Shown: positions 62,288 to 64,000 of the stretch, piece after piece
Numbering within the stretch: the stretch's first letter is position 1
How the letters are laid out: every line of letters starts with the position of its first letter
Assembly: GCA_964035545.1 (NCBI GenBank)
Contig: OZ037765.1
Coordinates: forward strand, 29,387,504 to 29,451,503
Source of the DNA: Bugula neritina
Taxonomy: Eukaryota; Animalia; Bryozoa
Direction: 5' to 3'
DNA length: 64,000 bases
The notes under the pieces: generated by a model
The model's database searches: none
Told to the model about the DNA's origin: nothing
Seen by the model: only the letters and a program-made list of their open reading frames with translations
Position numbers and translations under genes: made by a program

Positions 62288-62810
62288 TAGAGATATGCTA
62301 TCAACAGCACAACTCTATATTGAAGCAATCAGTAAGAAAATAACTATAGTGGAGGCTGCAAAGTGTTGCACCACCTCCAGTTTATTATTATATAGGTCCA
62401 ATGATGATGAGCCTGGTTGTAACATTAAAGTAAGGTAGCAGATGGCAAATGTTTGTATTGAATGCACAAAACTCTTTATCTATATAGTGGCAGCTTTTAC
62501 AAAAACCTAGTTGTAAGATGACTTTTAGACTGTATTTTCTTCATTGTTTAACCATTCTAAAGCATTACAGAAGAAATACTATGTTTTTTCTAACCCTTGC
62601 CCCTCACTACTGCCCATTATGAGGTTTTAATCACTGTCTTTTAATATCAAGCAAACAAGCTAAAGGCAAGAACTCCTACCAGAAAATTCATTGTAATACA
62701 AGTTTCCAGCCTGTATTTTACATTGTAGCTTTTGGACATACTTGATGCCTCTCCACTGAATAGGCTTCGCCACTCTATGTATAATTTTCCTTCTGTACTC
62801 AGACTTAGTC
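62288..62810 (-). other. Possible terminal exons of an unidentified minus-strand gene
   Basis: Candidate exons ~62808-62682 (TKSEYRRK...NLYYNEFS, phase-1 donor) and ~62412-62315 (GSSSLDL...FAASTIVIFLLIASI*, hydrophobic end). No recognisable domain. Confidence 0.2.
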
Positions 62811-64000
62811 TATGCACATTACAGCTATGCACCTGCATGTTTGCCTATATTTAAGCCTCTATAACCTCTGCAGTTATAGATGTTTTCAAAATATATTGGG
62901 TAATAGTTTTGTTGAGGTGTGAATACGTCATTTTTTGCACTCTGGGTTCACCGCACATTATATTGACTATCTTTTTTGCAAAAATTAATAACCCATAAGA
63001 CTTTTTGATTGTCTACTTCCAGCTTTGTCTTACATAAAGCTTGTGCATTTATTTTGAAGGTTTAAAGTTTTCTTAAAAGCCTATCACTGGTGTTTAGTTT
63101 TGTACTGGTTTAGAACTTTGCCATTTTTTTATTTAGACTGAGTAGCAACTATAAATTTGATAACTGCGAATTTACAATTAGATTCGATAAATTATGCAAT
63201 GCAATCTAGCACTATCTTTAGAGTGATATGTCTCCGTGTTTCAACATTTTACTAATACGGATATTTGTTATGAATCTGATCAGAGCTACTAAAAATACCA
63301 TTTGTGTTCATGCAGGGAACTAGTACAGTTAGGCTGAATTCACACCAGTTATAAAAGCTTGTTTTTTGGCAAGCAATTGAACTTTGATTTTTTTAACAGC
63401 TCAGTGTCACAAGTTATAAGCCCTAATTATTCACATTAGTGCAGCAAGCATATAACACCATTGAACTAGAACATAACTTAGTATAGGTTCGGTTTGCTAA
63501 TACACTGCTCTATTCTCATGTTGGAAATAAACAACTGTTAACTTTTACAGACTGTAACATTTTGCTTAAAAAGTTGCCTAAAATAGATTTACCAGAGTTG
63601 ATCTATCAAAATCTATAGATCATTCAACTGTTTGCTTTCAGAAGTAGGGTTTACTCTTTAATGCTATAATTGAGGCAAAGTGTGAGCTGTTTCTATTATT
63701 CTGTGCAATTTCAAAACTCAAGGCGATGGTATATTAACTTAACATAATCTTTTTAAAACTCGATCCTTTATGGCAAAATTTGGCGATCAAGTCTCAGCAA
63801 ACTAAAAGCTATAAACATTAAATTTAATAGCTTAATCTTGATAAGAAAGGGGCCAAAAAATCTCAGATTGTAGGGTTTGACAAAAGCGAAACTATATAAA
63901 AAATATTAATATAGTACTTTCACCGTAAGATTAGATCTAAATTTATCTTTTTTTGAAGTCTATTGTTATTATATAAACTTTTTTCTAAAATATCAACTTG

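Noticed and set aside
62647-62838. FN3-like pattern (LYIEW...YNVKYR) in a minus-strand ORF
   Set aside because: Only a short pattern. Splice phases fit a different frame better and no flanking FN3 exons were found.

Overview
AT-rich, intron-containing eukaryotic DNA, consistent with an invertebrate animal; the species cannot be determined from the sequence. Host genes reconstructed by hand from GT-AG splice sites: the 3' end of a metabotropic glutamate receptor (+, <1-2381); a secreted lysyl-oxidase-like gene with two SRCR domains (-, 24470-32616); complex I subunit NDUFB6 (-, 34209-37623); and a classical SDR of the RDH/17b-HSD type (-, 46301-~57982). Mobile elements: a decayed Ty3/Gypsy relic (~4870-7900); a very young intact Ty1/Copia (16947-21401, identical 206-bp LTRs, 5-bp TSD, half-tRNAiMet PBS); a very young intact Ty3/Gypsy (38117-45464, 565-bp LTRs, tRNA-Leu PBS, predicted UUUAAAC -1 frameshift); and a 1.46-kb foldback/MULE-like element with a 9-bp TSD (53907-55370). 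The most unusual feature is a ~4.7-kb tandem duplication (~8950-13680 and ~14150-24340) carrying spliced genes for lambda-exonuclease/YqaJ-like PD-(D/E)xK nuclease domains. Copy A encodes one domain with an intact active site. Copy B encodes a truncated module, an intact domain, a catalytically degenerate basic domain and a further stub, and it has been split in-frame by the Copia insertion.
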